Origin: Girardia tigrina
Lineage: Eukaryota
NCBI GenBank assembly: GCA_001938485.1
Contig: MQRK01181958.1
Location: forward strand, 4,824 to 60,233
Length of the DNA stretch: 55,410 nt
Direction of reading: 5' to 3'
A program made the translations under genes and the position numbers. This document shows positions 1 through 14,173 of this stretch, in pieces. The notes below the pieces were generated by a model, which saw nothing but the letters and a program-made list of their open reading frames with translations, had not been told where the DNA came from and searched no databases. Within the stretch, counting starts at the first letter, position 1; the number at the start of each line of letters is the position of its first letter.

Positions 1-2069
1 TATTCCTCACAATTAGAATATACAATACTTTTAGCTTCAAACTACCTTTTAGGGTAGATATATGTAAATAATGATTTTACTAATGTAAGCTATAATTTTT
101 GAATTTATTTTAAAAGAACTTTTATACCCAACAAAAGTATGATGAGATAGATGAATCGATAAGGTTTCATGACAGAGCGTGCGCAGCGTGGCTGCAGCAC
201 CATGGGGCAAGTGGGGGGTTTTCGCGTCGAGAGGAATAATTTAATTGTAATTTACTCTTGATTTTCTGATTCAATTCTTTCATCTCCATCTCACCACGAC
301 CGTGAAACATTTTCCCTCCCACGAAGACGATAGTTTTGTCTTTCGGATACCGACTGAGAATATGCACAACTTTGGTAACAGTTCATTACTCGTGACTATC
401 AGAGAAACCTTTGACTTCGTCTCACATTCAGTACGCATAACCTCCCGCGTACTGAGCGCGTCTTTTTCAGGCCACAGAGCGACTGCGCATATCCAAATCG
501 ACTCGAGTGTCGCCTCCCGCCACTGGTGTGGTGAACAATTGATTGAGCACCCGCGCATTCCTCCACGGCCCCGACATATCATTGGAAGTCATGAGAACGG
601 CGCTAACGGCGATCTCATTCTCTGATTTGTCCTTGAACAACACAGAACGGGAACGCGACCAACTCGTACACGAACACCCACAATTTGAACAAATTGAGAA
701 AGATCAACGTTTTCAAATTGGTCATAACGAATGAGAAAATTGATTCCGAGTGATTCAATTTATAAACAAAATGACAATCGCACGATTTTTTCCGTTATTT
801 TTTATGGCGTCTTATATCAACTTCAATTCAAAAAACAACGAATTGAGCCAACAATTATTTATTTTATTCGAACAAACAACTCTAAAATTTCACGAATTTC
901 GAATCGATCTTAAATCGATTTCCCAATTCTTTACTTAAAAAAATCAACCAATCAAAATTAAGCATTTATCACGATATATTTATCACAGTCACATATTTTA
1001 ATCGTGATTTTGAGATGATCGCCTTTTTTCTCATTCATTTTTTTATTTATTATTTATTTTATTTATATTGCTTCTAATGTACAAATTGTCACACAATTAT
1101 TCTGCCATGATAATAATTATACAATTATATATAAATCTCCATTTTAGAAATAAAAGATAAATTCACGAATAAGTTGTATCAAGGTGTTTTTTGTGGACTG
1201 ATTCTGATAAATGTTTCAATTTGATGCTGGCGTCTTTAATCATCGTCCATACTCATATCAGACTGCTTCGAATACAATTTAAATACTCTACAGAAAAGGT
1301 TTTCGATTTGATAATTTTTATATTACACAATTTTTTTCGACTTTCTTATTGACAAATTCTAAGAGTTTCCCAAAACCTCCTAGAATTCGCAAAACAAGGC
1401 TTTATGGGTATAAATGTGAAATGTATATTAATGTATGGAAAAACAACTAATTAGATCAGCTTTAATTCAGGTCATGTTAAGTGAATTAAAATATTTAAAT
1501 TTACGATGAAAATGTTAGTCACACTTTTTTTATAATATTCTCAAAATACTAAATTGCATATGATACGATTAAGTATGTTATGTTATTATTCGCAATCTCT
1601 ATTGATGAAGTACCGGCACAGTATATAAGTCTTCATCAGTAATGGGGATGAATAATGATAGCTTTATTTCATTTTTGATGCAAGTTATATTGCTTTTGAA
1701 TTTACATTCGAAGATTCGGGGTATACTACCGTACGGGCCCAGCGAATATTTAAAAAATTATTTGCGTTCCAGGAAAAATAATTTTTAAATTTTAGAAAAT
1801 TTATGACGTTTCTTAAGTGTAATCATTGACATTTTTAGAAATTATTCGACTTAATTTAGCAAATATTTGTACCACGATTTCAGAATGAATTAAATGTTTA
1901 TAGAATAAATAAAAATAGTTTTAAAAATGAAACGAAAAACAAATTTAATTTAGAAATATTCATAAATTAAGTGGGAAAAACTAGTGGTTATGTAATCAAC
2001 ATATTTGTCTTCAATGAAAATTAGGTGACTAAAAAAATTAAAGAAATTTTGACAACACCAAATATAATC

Positions 2070-2349
2070 ATAAATTAATAAATATTCATATATTATCACA
2101 AATTAATTCAAAATTAATTTATAAATAATCACAAATTTATTAATTAACAGTCTTATATTAATTAATTAATAATCACAAATTAATTCATAAATAATCACAA
2201 ATTAATTCATAAATAATCACAAATTAATTCATAAATAATCACAAATTAATTCATAAATAATCAAAAATTAATTCATAAATAATCACAAATTAATTAATAA
2301 ATATTCACAAATAATTCATAAATAATCAAAAATTAATTCATAAATAATC
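2070..2349. repeat. 22-bp AT-rich minisatellite (AATCACAAATTAATTCATAAAT)n
   Basis: About 8 near-perfect tandem copies at 2171-2349, with degenerate copies back to ~2070. Confidence 0.85.
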
Positions 2350-3457
2350 AGTATTTTTTTGGATATAGTCCCGTATTGACCCTAGTAAAAATAAAAATAT
2401 GACACCATAAAATATTATAAGAATGTCAGGAAAAATATATATTTTGATTTATATTGTTTACCTAATCACTGGAATTACTGACTTATTATAGAAAATATTT
2501 GTACCACTGGCCCAAGCAAATATAAAAATATATGTAAGCATACCAGGAAAAATATTTTTAAAATTATGTATGATTTTTAAGTCACAAAATCATAAGGGGA
2601 AATATATGTGTTGATTGTGTAATCATTCGCTTCACTGACTTATCCTAGTAAATATTCGACTTATTTTAGAATATATTTGTACCACAATTTCAGAATGAAA
2701 GAAATGTTTAAAAATTTATTTCAAATTTCTTCAGGATTTGTTATTATAGTTTAAATATGAAATTCATTATATTTAACAATAAATTATTGAAATAAAAATT
2801 GAAGTACAATCAAATCCTTACTTCTGGAGCAGCACGCCACGTGGACATTTTAGAATTAATGCAAGAAGTGAATAATTTAAACAAGAATTGTTTCAATTTT
2901 TATCTTTAATTTGGTTTCACCATTTTTTCTATAGAAACGTATCTCATAGGGTTTTCAATTTCAATTGATTATTTAAATTTGAGATTATTCTGTTTCAAGA
3001 TAAGAATTTGCGATTTAAAATTGAGACTTCTTTTTTTCTTTAGATTTTGGATTTTGATTTACATTAGGAATTCAGGATTATTTATTTATGCAAATAATTA
3101 CGATATCTTTTGAATTTTTAATTTAAGTGTTAAATTTTTTTGGTGAAAACATATTTATTGGGATTTCCAATTTAAATTGAGAATTTCTCATTTTAAAGCG
3201 AAATTTTTTCTTTTAAGTTGACATTTTATTTTGACTATTGATTTTAAATTATGGATTTTCGATGGTTTTAATTTTTTTATTTAGATTTGAAACTAAAAAA
3301 ATTTATCGTTTTTTTGTCAATTTTGGTAAATTCTATTTTGCAGTGAATAGATGCATAATAATATCATCTAACTCGGATAATATCATGTTTATGGAAAATT
3401 TGAAAATCATGATATTACAATAACTGATTATATTTTTTAAAAAATATAAATAAAAAA

Positions 3458-4967
3458 CTATTTAATTATCCACTCCAATATACTCATTTGTCTTTCTTTA
3501 CTTTTTTGCAATATTATTTTTTCCACAATCTGCTCCAAACTATTATTAGAGTTCCAGTCAACCACATTAATTTAATTTAAATAGTGGTTCATATTTTTCA
3601 ACGCCTCGATCGCCTGATTTCAAGTAATTTTTAAATTCGAACTCTTCATGAATATCGACTTCTCGATCATCAACATGCTGCAAATCATCAATGCCAAGTT
3701 TTTTGTTTTTTATGGAATCAACAATTTCTTCATCATCCAATACTTCGAAACACCCGACATTTTGGTCAATATCAACATAACTTTCAAAATTAAAATCTAA
3801 CCCTTCGGGTGATATATTTAAATCCGCTTCTGCAGCCTTCATATCTCCATTCAAACTAAAGCCAGCCTTTTTAAGACAATTAATAATCGTACTGGGGGTG
3901 ATAAGGGACCAAGAATCCATGAGAAAATTCAAAGCATCAAAAATTGTTATTTGCTTGGCTAATGTTAATGCACTTAAATTTTCTTCGTCCACCTCAATCA
4001 TAACTAACAATCTTCTTATTACCATCGTATGATAATGATGTTTAAGAGCTCGGATAATTCCTTGGTAGCGTGCTTGGATGATAGATGTGACATATTTTGC
4101 AGAAAAACCAATTCGATATTCTCAAGTTTAATTTTTAGATGAGCCGGGCAATTATCAATAATCAGCGCAATTTTACGATTTTTAAGCATGAGTTCTCGAT
4201 CCCAATTACAAAGCCACTCTCCAGAAATAACTGACGTCATTTAAGCATTCTTATTACTAGTATATTCGACAGGTATTTTTAATACTATTAAAGCAACGGG
4301 GATTTTTATACTTCCCGATTAAAAACAATGGTCTCTTTTCTCCGGCCAGACTTACACAGATAAGTACGGTAAATCTTTCTTTAGGCACTTTGCCACCGTT
4401 CATTTTATTTGATTTTAAAACATGTGAGCCATTGGGCAGCGCTCTATAATATAAAGTGGTTTCGTCCGCGTTATAAATATCCCTTGCTTTATATTTTTTC
4501 AATAAATTTTGACATTGTTTTTCGACCACAATTCAGCACCAGATTTTTCTGCATCAAGTTTTACACCAAAATATTTTTTATAGAAAATTTCATGTCTTTT
4601 CTTCCATATATCAATAAAACCGGTCTCAACATTAAAATTTTGTATCCCAATTTTTTGCAAATTGTTCCGCTTTTAGTTTAAAGATTTCACCACTTATTAG
4701 TAAGTTACTCGCACTTTCATTTGAAAACCAAGCAAACAGTGCGGCGTCTACATCATCAATCTTACTTCATCTTTGTCTCGTCCTTGAAGCATTACCGTTT
4801 TTACTATCATTTAAAAGTTTTGAACACGACTTGTGTATTTTACTTACGGTTGATGCATCGACATTAAAACGCTTTGCGACACTTACAATTGTTGTTCTGG
4901 GACTTTCGTCACATGTAGTAAGTTTCTTTTTAATCTTTAAGTCAATTCATTTACGTTTGACTTTCAT
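3458..4967 (-). mobile_element. Decayed Tigger/pogo (CENP-B-like) DDD transposase
   Basis: Fragments in correct order: HTH (SVAKRFNVDASTVSKI), IYNADETTLYYR, KERFTVLICVS..GEKRP..IGK..NPRCF, IIDNCPAH, W..ITPSTIINCLKKAGF. Several stops and frameshifts; TIRs not resolved. Confidence 0.85.
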
Positions 4968-6393
4968 TTGGTAAGTATTTTTGCTCAATTATGGCTCAAT
5001 CTCCTTTTGTTTATTTGAGGAGAAGGGCATGGTCTGATTCAATTAAATTCCAATTGATTTAATGAAATTTAAATTATAATTACTGATCACAGAGCGGCAA
5101 TTTGAGTGCGGCAGCCACGCTCAGAGTTCTTCAACTCATATCTTGTTCTCGTTTTAGATTCATGATTTCCGCGAATATATATATATATATATATGTATTA
5201 AAATTTATCCGTTTGAAAATATACTTTAAACAATCGAAAAATTCAATATAATGAAATTGAATGTTGAGTATAACTCTATCCGATCACAGTCAAAACAACG
5301 TATTAAAGAGATATCAAATAAAATAAAAGGGTGTCTGATTATAATGCACAACGATTTAAATAACCGTTTGTTAATAAAAGAAAGTATTAATTAATTTTAC
5401 CAAACTATATTGTCAAAATACAAGTTACAAATATTTACAATATAATTGGATAATACTAGAATATTAGATATCGAATGAATTCTAACGAGTCACTAAATAA
5501 TGATGTAATAACTATAGTATAGAGTCAACCGATCTTTAGATAAAAGATTATTTGGTTGTTTGATGATGGTTAGAATATCTGTTTTTCTTTATTTTTTATT
5601 GCTGGATTAATAAATCTTTTAATACACTATTGCAGATATGTTGAGGAAAATATTATAGAAGAGATATATATGATAGTAAAAACTATTTGATTTCAGATAA
5701 CGAAATGTACGTAATGATTAAATTTTAGATGTTACTAGACACTGGATCGGAAAGGATTTAATAGATTATGATATTCTGAATTTTGTTGGCCGATTGTTCA
5801 ATCGAGAATCCGAAATAGATTGAATACGAACGGCAAATAATATGACAGATACCACTAAAACAATGTAGCTTTTAAATCTTCGCTTTCATATTTTGTATTT
5901 TGTACCTAGTTATCGGGTCTCTTCAAAATATGATATCGTTTTCCACTTCTTAAAAATTTATAAATTGATTGGTAACATTTATAATTCAGCATAAAATTTG
6001 AATTTTCTTGGATACTTATTTTTCAAATTCTGTAATAAATTTTTATGGTAACAAATTTTCCAAATGTTGGATTTATAAAAATTCCGAATTTTAGAAATTC
6101 AAAGTCTATACATAAATAAATTTTGCATGAGTTTTTCAATGACAAATCTTGTTCTTAAGACTAAAAAAATCATAATTAGAAATTAGGAAATAATTCGATA
6201 GAACATGATAATAGATTATATTCGGGTATAAATTCCGGTATGTTGAAACTCTTCTAAAATTTCAATTTCCCCAAATGGGATTTTTGATAAAATTGAATCC
6301 GGATATATCTTCGACGATAGTGTTGAAATCTCATTTACGGTAAAATATATATTATATATATTAAAATCAATATTTAATATTGATTAAAAAAAC

Positions 6394-6520
6394 NNNNNNN
6401 NNNNNNNNNNNNNNNNNNNNNNNNNNNNNNNNNNNNNNNNNNNNNNNNNNNNNNNNNNNNNNNNNNNNNNNNNNNNNNNNNNNNNNNNNNNNNNNNNNNN
6501 NNNNNNNNNNNNNNNNNNNN
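6394..6520. other. Assembly gap (N run)
   Basis: Run of Ns. Confidence 1.
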
Positions 6521-7427
6521 ATATATATTATATTATATAGGCATCACAATATATATTCTATTTAGATATTTAATTTTATGAGCAAACAACACATATACTG
6601 TTTCCAATAAACAAGAACCGCAGTCAACGTAATCACCAAGAAACAAATATCTATCAGTTGATGATTTTCCACATAATAAATATATTCTCATTAAATCATA
6701 CCATTGACCATGAATGTCTCCTCAAATTTTGGTAGGTGCTGAAATTTAGTCAGTTCCTTTGATATGCAATCTCTGATTGGAAATTCTTACATGATTATCT
6801 TCAAATGTCTTTATAAAATAATCCACATTAAAAAATATAGTCAAATGGTAAAGTTATCTGTTCTTTTAAATTAGACATTCAATTTCATTTAATTAATATT
6901 CTAAACGAAAAGAAATCGATAATTGCTTGAACTCTTTATTGGATATCAAACCAATAATAAATAATGCAGTTAAACAAACCAAATAACTATATGCAATTTT
7001 TTTAACTTACATATTTTTATTTACAAAAAATCAAATTAATTATTACATAAAATTTCTAAATTCAAATTTTTTAATTTAATTACTTTACATTTTTCCAAAG
7101 ATTTTATAAATTTACATTTTCAACTCAATTGGCCAATACACAAATTTCTCAAACTTTTTTTTAAAATTTTTTTTATTTAAACTTTTATATTCTCAAACAT
7201 TCTCCCCTTCCTGATCACTTTAGATGAGCACTAAACTCACTCCTTCAAACATACAACCAAACCTGATTATTCCTCCAAACACTTTTCGAACCATTCACAC
7301 TGACACCACTCTCGCATTTCTACCATCATTCACACCATTCCAATGAACCCTATCGGTCCACATAACAAGGTATCTCATCATTGTTTCAAATTCATCAGTT
7401 TAATTCAACATTGTACCTCTCTACATC

Positions 7428-8079
7428 TGTTGGGTATTAAAATAATTAATCTTAAATATTTACTTTTTAAAAAACACAAATCTTTAATCTTCAATCGTTA
7501 ATCTGACTCCAACTAATCAGTAAGGACTTCCAACATAAATATATAGACAATGAACACAAATTCTTTTATGAAACTTTATTTCAAATAACAAAAATTAACA
7601 GGTCAAAAATAATAATAATTCAAGTCTTGATGACAGAACACAAACAAAAATCAATGTTTCGTACGAGTTAACAGATTACAGTAAAAACTTTGAATCTCCA
7701 AAACGAACGATAGTTTTAGTTTTTAAATAAAACCTTTTTCTCCCATACGGAATACATTTGGTTTTTTAAAAAATGTTTTAAAAAGATAATAAATAAAAAA
7801 TACTTTTTATAATACATTTAATTTACTTCTTTGTTTTGGTTTTCTTGTTAAGAGAAATTTTTGGACAAACTAAACTAAATTCGCTACTCTTTATATACTG
7901 GTTTTCATCAGCCTTGAAAATTGTTTAAATAAAACAAAGACTAAAATATTTTAATTTTCAATTCCAAATTTTGTTAAACTAAATATTATTTTGTTTGAAA
8001 TTAATAATTTTACCAATTTAATTTTTTTCTACATAAAATTTTATCAAAAGTAGAAAATGCATCTCTCGAAACCCCAACA
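7428..8079. mobile_element. Probable solo LTR (652 bp)
   Basis: TGTTGGG...CCCAACA inverted termini flanked by a 4-bp direct repeat CATC (7424-7427, 8080-8083); no coding content. Confidence 0.65.
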
Positions 8080-8205
8080 CATCAAACAGATTATTCGACT
8101 CTCCATTCATTTAACAATTTATTTTTAAAACTCACGAAACATCAAACATTATATCATCAACACAACATTCCTTTTTTTTGGTTCAATTAAACATTCAAAA
8201 AATCT

Positions 8206-9519
8206 TCAATGGCGAACCTCTAATAGACATATTCGGCTCACCGACCGAAGTACTTCTTTTCCATTAGTCTTTATTAACATCACTCTTGATTTGCCATCCA
8301 AACCATGAAATAAGTTGATTATTAGCCCAAGAATCCATTTTCCGTGTTTGGTTCCATCCTCTAATTGCCAGACTATCTCTCCGACTCGAATCTCTGCACC
8401 TTCTTTCATCCATTTATTCAGTTTCCCCATATTTGGAATAATTTTGCTTCGCCACCGTGACTACCATTCTCGGACATACGTGTCAGCGTTCGTGTGCGTT
8501 ACTGACTGTGCTAAGAACAGGAACACGTTTAACCCGAAAACTAATCGTTGAAATTGATAATATTCTTTCTTCCCTTCAAATGTATGATAAAAACAAAGAT
8601 ATTTTTCATCATGTTCTGAGATTGATATTTGAAGGAACATTTCTTGAATGTCCGACACTAATGCTATGGAATATTTCCTAAATTTTAATAATACTTTTAA
8701 GAGATCATTCTGTAATTTCGGACCAGCCTCGAGAAGATCATTCAAACAAGTTCATTGAGTTGCAGCAGCCGCATCAAATATTATTCTGACCTTTGTTGTC
8801 TCCTTCTCCCTTTTAACTATAGGGAAGTGAGGTAGCCACCACTTGACATCTTTCATCTCATTCTCAGGAATACACCGAATATATCCTTTTCTTAAATATT
8901 CTCTGAGAATTCTCTCATATTCAGTTCTAAGATCATCATCTTTTTTCAATTTCTGTTCTAATAATACTCCTCCTTTTTCAGATAATCTTCTTGTTTCCGG
9001 GATTTCTTGTGTTCTTTTTCTGAAAGGTAACTTCGCTTGATATTTAAAATTCTAGTACTTAAGATTTGTTCTCGCTCGTTCAATGAATAACTTCTCGTCG
9101 GATTTTTCATTCATAGGATTCTCAATTTCTTCAATCTCCCAGAACCTTCTCAACATTTCTTCAGTATCATTATTTGTAGATACAAATGTGTTGAAGTAGG
9201 TAGTAGCTCCTGATAACTGCTCTTTTACAAATCCCATGTAGGTCCAAACTAACGGAGATAAACGGGACCCAAGAACATCTCCTTCACCCCGCACGTCTCG
9301 AATCGCTTGGTGCAATCGAATAAAATCTGCTCCGGCTGTTGAGACCAAATACAGGGCTTGCAGTGTTACGGTTGAAACATAAGTACGTCTTTTGTGTCTG
9401 TGGCAGAAACAGCCCACAATTCCTTTATTTTGACAATTAATTTTAAAGTGACAATTCAATCTCGTAACTGTATAGTTGGGTAGGACAAGAGTGTCACTAT
9501 TACGGGAAATGTGTTGCAA
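8206..9519 (-). mobile_element. BEL/Pao LTR retrotransposon pol remnant, internally deleted
   Basis: RFWEIE; WWLPHFPIVKREKETTKVRIIFDAAA; NDLLEAGPKLQNDL..VLLKFR..IALVSDIQEMFLQI (BEL RT N-half), joined directly to the integrase C-terminal tail VGEIV...W.LG.I....GLDGKSRV..IKT. Confidence 0.88.
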
Positions 9520-10629
9520 AAAAGAATAATTGGAATGACCTTACTCTTTGCAACAGACATTTCTTCCTAAGAGTTTCATGCATGTCATTCCTTAAATCTT
9601 CTAACAACACACTAACTGCTATACCGTACTAGTTGGAATATTGGTGGTATCTATCCCTAATCTCGGCAAGAATTGAGTCAAGACGGTCTATAGTGAATGG
9701 GGAAGAAGTTCCGGATGTCGTAAGTGCTTCCCTCAAGATTGGCGGCATGGGAATACCTATTTTAAAGGCCGTTCTAAAGAACTTATACATCCAGCGTCGA
9801 TTCAGATTATCTGTTTTGTTCACGTCCTCAGTCAATGTGTGTAGGTTATGAATGAAATGAGTAACAATTTATTTTCTCTTTGCGATATTCTTTTCATCTG
9901 ACAGAAAGTGAAGCATGTTTATTCTCTCAGCCTTAACGAAAGTGGCAACCGCAGTACATTGACAATTATTTTGACTTAAAAGAATGTCACGACAGTGCCC
10001 AAAGTTTTCACTAGAGGTAAAGTACTCCATCAATATTGGTGGTAGGAAGAAGAGCTGTTTCTGTGGGATGTTGTCAGATTCTGGAAGAGTAATATAAATG
10101 TTATTGTTTGTCTCGCCATTATAATCGTCATCTACTGCTTTATTCCAGTTTGGTATTCTTTCAATAACGTTATCTGACCCCTCTGTGACTGTCGGCGTTT
10201 CACTAGTATCATTAATAGTTGTCCTAAGAATTTCGGTCTTCTCCGAGCATTCATTTGGCGGTTCTGCCGAACGGGAACCCGAAATTTTTCACGGTTGTTA
10301 ATAAGTGATTTTCTGTCTTTTTTAAACAAATATTTCTGGCTATTTTCGTTTTTTAAATCCTCTTTTTAACTAGAATAAATTTTTTTATTCGAATAAAAAT
10401 TTTATTTGGGTATATTGTATTTTTAATAATAAGATTTAATTTAATGTTGTCATTTTTACTATCTTTTTTTTCCAAAATTTCATTAAAGCTTGGTACTTTT
10501 TTTCAGGCATTTCGATCTCGTAAGAATATTTTTTTTATTGGAACGCCTATTTTTCGATTTTTAGCGATCTCCCAACTATTTCCATCATGTTCACCATTTA
10601 GTATATATATATCTCCAGAAGAATATTTT

Positions 10630-11606
10630 TAAACACACCATTAAACATACAATCACATACACATTCATACATACAATCAATCATACATCTACATTTACTT
10701 CCTATTGTAGCACACTGAACCTTCTCCCTGTGATCGTGCATCCTCGTTTCCCTGCTCGTCTCTGAATTTCCTATTATTCGCGAAGTAATCTCTTCTTGTA
10801 CCATCTTCCCTTCTATCTGTTCTTTCCGACATTCTGTCCCATTCCTCATTTCGGTCTCCTAATTCAGCCACTGAATATTTTCTATGTCTTTGGACTTCGC
10901 TCTCCATATTTCACATTCGAATAATTTCTCCTGTCATCTCTTCCAGTCTTTCCGTTGTCCCGTTTCCATTGCTCCCGTTCTCTGAATCTATTTGGATTTT
11001 CATATCATTGTGTTCTTACGTGCCCCTTTTTATTACAGTGGTTGCACCTGATGTTTGGGCATTCTCTTCTCACATCTCCTTGTGATGTACGCATCTACCC
11101 TTATATCTTTACTCTTTGATTCGAATTCGTATATTTTCTTCTGTATACATTCGATATCCTCAGCTTTCGAGATACCTTTCAAAGCTATTTCTCTCTTCAC
11201 TTCTCTATCATCTACAGCGTTAGCATATGCTAAGTCTGATATCTCCTTTTTCCTAATTTCTTTACTAGTTTTCCAACTAGTTCGTCTATTTTCCGGAATA
11301 CGGTTGAGGGGTCGTTTGATTCAACTTTTATTTCATCAAGTTCCCTCATCATCTCTAGAATGTTCTTTTCTCTGGTGAATGCAGATCTCATTTTTGTTTC
11401 CCATGTATCTCCCTCTGAATTTTCGTATTTGTTTATTGCTTTCGGAGTCATGAATACTGTCATCAGCAAGACTCTTCTTTCTTCTGAGAATCCCATGATC
11501 TTCGCATATCTGCCGAAGCTCATTAAGAATTCCTAAACTTTTGACTCAGATCCGTCAAATATTTCTGGACCTCTAATGTTCGGAGTCACGTGGTCGTTGA
11601 TCACCA
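10630..11606 (-). mobile_element. LTR retrotransposon gag remnant (Gypsy-like)
   Basis: PBS-like TGGTGATCAACG starting at 11606, followed by PEIFDGS..V*EFL..F.RYAKIMGF and a decayed zinc knuckle RCNHCNKKGHVRTQ* at ~11005-11050. Confidence 0.6.
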
Positions 11607-12272
11607 TATTAAGAACATTAATTGGGTTTCTTTACATTTATTTATATCACAATTTGAATTGTCACTAGAACAATTCTCCGTAAAACTTGTGTAGCTCGTC
11701 ATCGTTCTTGGTTGATAATCTTTAATAATATTCTTTAACGTCTTATTATTCAAAGAAATTTAAATTACAATTTAATTATTACAAAAATAATTTATACTTT
11801 AAATTTAAAATAATTTTTATTTTAAGAAAATATTATTTTAATTTTAAAGTGATTATTTAAATTTTAATAATTGATTAAACAACCCAACGTTTTAAAATAT
11901 TAAAAATATCAATCTTCCATCTGGGTGGGAGAAACACAATCCTAAAACAACATACCAAACAACACACAATAAACACCATTCAAAAATATTCCTCACAGTG
12001 TAAATGTAAGTTTAGTGTAAGTGTCTTGTCATTTTAAAGTTATTTATTCAGTTGATTATCAATCGATAACAAAACTGTTTGTCGATAACATAAATATATA
12101 ATATTTAAATATGCGACAATAAATAAATATTAATATAATATGTAAATATAAAAACCGAAAACCGTGAAATACTGTCGACAGTTACCTAATTAAATGTGTA
12201 TGTATATATATATGGATCAACTGAAACGTTTTTTATCTTAAAATCCACTGTTCTATTTCACCAGTTCATCAA

Positions 12273-13869
12273 TCAATATACCATTAATGTAGCGAAAGCC
12301 AAAGCAACAAATTTCGCATTTCCTTCAACGAAATGCTCGGGCAAAGTGTAAACAGGTATTCCGGCTTTGTGAGAAATGGAAACATAGTAATATGCGTTCA
12401 AGAGCTTATTATTGCCCAAGCAACTGCGATCGACTAATCCCGGAGCCACCGACTCCAAAACCACAGCGAACAGATTCTCCTCTGCAATTATTCGATCCCC
12501 AAAACTCCGCATCACTGTTTGCTTCCCGGACTTTCTCAACTGACAATTCGCCCAATCCAGAATCTCCTTCTCGATGTAGTTGTCCCTGCAAATATACGCT
12601 CGCATCATCTCCACAATCAGCCCGAGAATCGACGATTTATCTGAATCGGCTATTTTCTCCGCATCCAAATTCGGTGTATTCAACACGTAATTCTGAGCCA
12701 ATTTGACGATTTTCGTACAATTGTGAACTCGTTGCGCGTGAATTCGGTTCGAATCAAAATCCAGAATGAATTTAACGCCGCTTGTGTAACCGGGCCGTAA
12801 AACCTCAAACAATTGTCCCAATATCCACCCGTTTCGACAATCGTTCAACACGTGATTACAGAACGGATAAACGTCGAATGAGTTGATGAAATTTCGACAT
12901 GTCAATTCTTCGAGACATTCTCCACTTGCGACGTGCGATTTCGATCGATGAACAGGTCGATGGACGCTCAAATCTCCGTTGAAATGCTTGAATAGATATC
13001 CCATGGTAGCGATGTGGAGTTTAGCGCAACTATCGCGTCGTTCGAACCCGTTTATCAAATCGTCTTCGGTGAGAAAACTTTCGGCGCCGAGTTCCTCGAG
13101 ATTTCTGATTATATTCCTTGCTCGGGCTTCCACGCATCGTTCGCGGGTGATGTTGGTCGGAGAAATCATTTTGCCACGAATAGTGGCCGGCGCCACGCGA
13201 TACGTCAAATGAGCGTACACCAAACAGTCTTTAAAATCGTCATCGTAGTCGTTGAGGAAATTTCTCATTCCGCTTTTCGATAAGTGGAAATTGACATATC
13301 GTATGATGATATCGTGGGAGCTTTGTTCGCGTAAATCGTCCAAACTGTCGCCGACTTTCTTCAACTCGACGATTTCCGGATGGTGATGAATTGTCACGTC
13401 GTGCAAGAATCCGATCCGGATGATTTGCCAAATGAAATCGATGCTCGCGTATTTTACTCCGGCGTAAATGTCGTTGATATCTGCGTTGCCCATACTGCAA
13501 CCGTGGCAGCGGGCGGCGTTCAAAGCCAGAGCGAGATTTTCCATTTTCTGAGCGTAATTCAATAATCGCTGGCCGCGATTCATCGTTCGTTCATCGATTG
13601 CGCCGGGTAGAGCCACGTTGAGCAGTTTACAAAGAATGACACCGTCTTGGATCTTATCGTAGATGTCGTCACCGTAAGGATCGAGTGGAAGGTATTGTCG
13701 ACAGTCGGCGTCGTTTGCTAGAACTTTATTGATCCATCGAGAATATGCTCGCTTTTCGGATAGTTCGTGGATCTAAAACGATCGCACAAAAAGGAAAACA
13801 TTACGTCAGATAATTTGATTAGAAATTTTAACTTACAGCAAATTGTTTTTGTAGAGTCTTAGCAGACAT
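12273..13869 (-). CDS. Plastin/fimbrin-like actin-bundling protein, ~510 aa, four CH domains; exon1 13869-13837, exon2 13772-12273
   Basis: EKRAYSRWINKVLANDADC...DGVILCKLLNVALPGAIDER, WQIIRIG, IIIRYVNFHL, EELTCRNFINS, ILDWANCQL and NAYYYVSISHKAGIPVYTLPE..VE.N.K follow the plastin CH1-CH4 pattern. A 64-bp GTAAGT...TTTTAG phase-0 intron joins MSAKTLQKQFA in frame. Frame is intact and GC is raised. Confidence 0.88.
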
Positions 13870-14173
13870 AAGTATTCAAATTTATCGATTGGAAAATTTA
13901 AAAAAAATCATTACTGATATTACAAATTAAATTATGAATATGATTATAATAATTATATATTTGTTATTATGTTACATACAGTTGCTCCACCTGTAAACAT
14001 TTTCCCAGTGTAATAATCCATTCCCGTGGATTATATAAAAATGAATAAAATATTATAAGAAAATGAAAACCATCCAATAACAATCAATCATTTTTTTCGA
14101 TTAGATAAAACAAAACCATTTAATACACCTGTTTACATTTTCATAGGGCCTTTTTACATTCATTAAGCGAATA

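Noticed and set aside
167-734. GC-richer segment with overlapping short ORFs
   Set aside because: No recognisable motif, and strand or frame cannot be chosen.
1830-2710. Dispersed degenerate ~45-bp repeats (ATTCGACTTA...ATATTTGTACCAC)
   Set aside because: Real similarity, but no boundaries or function can be supported; probably a decayed repeat element.
6380-6565. ORF spanning the N run
   Set aside because: Artefact of the assembly gap.
9629-10329. Possible degraded minus-strand ORF
   Set aside because: Fragmentary, with no family signature.
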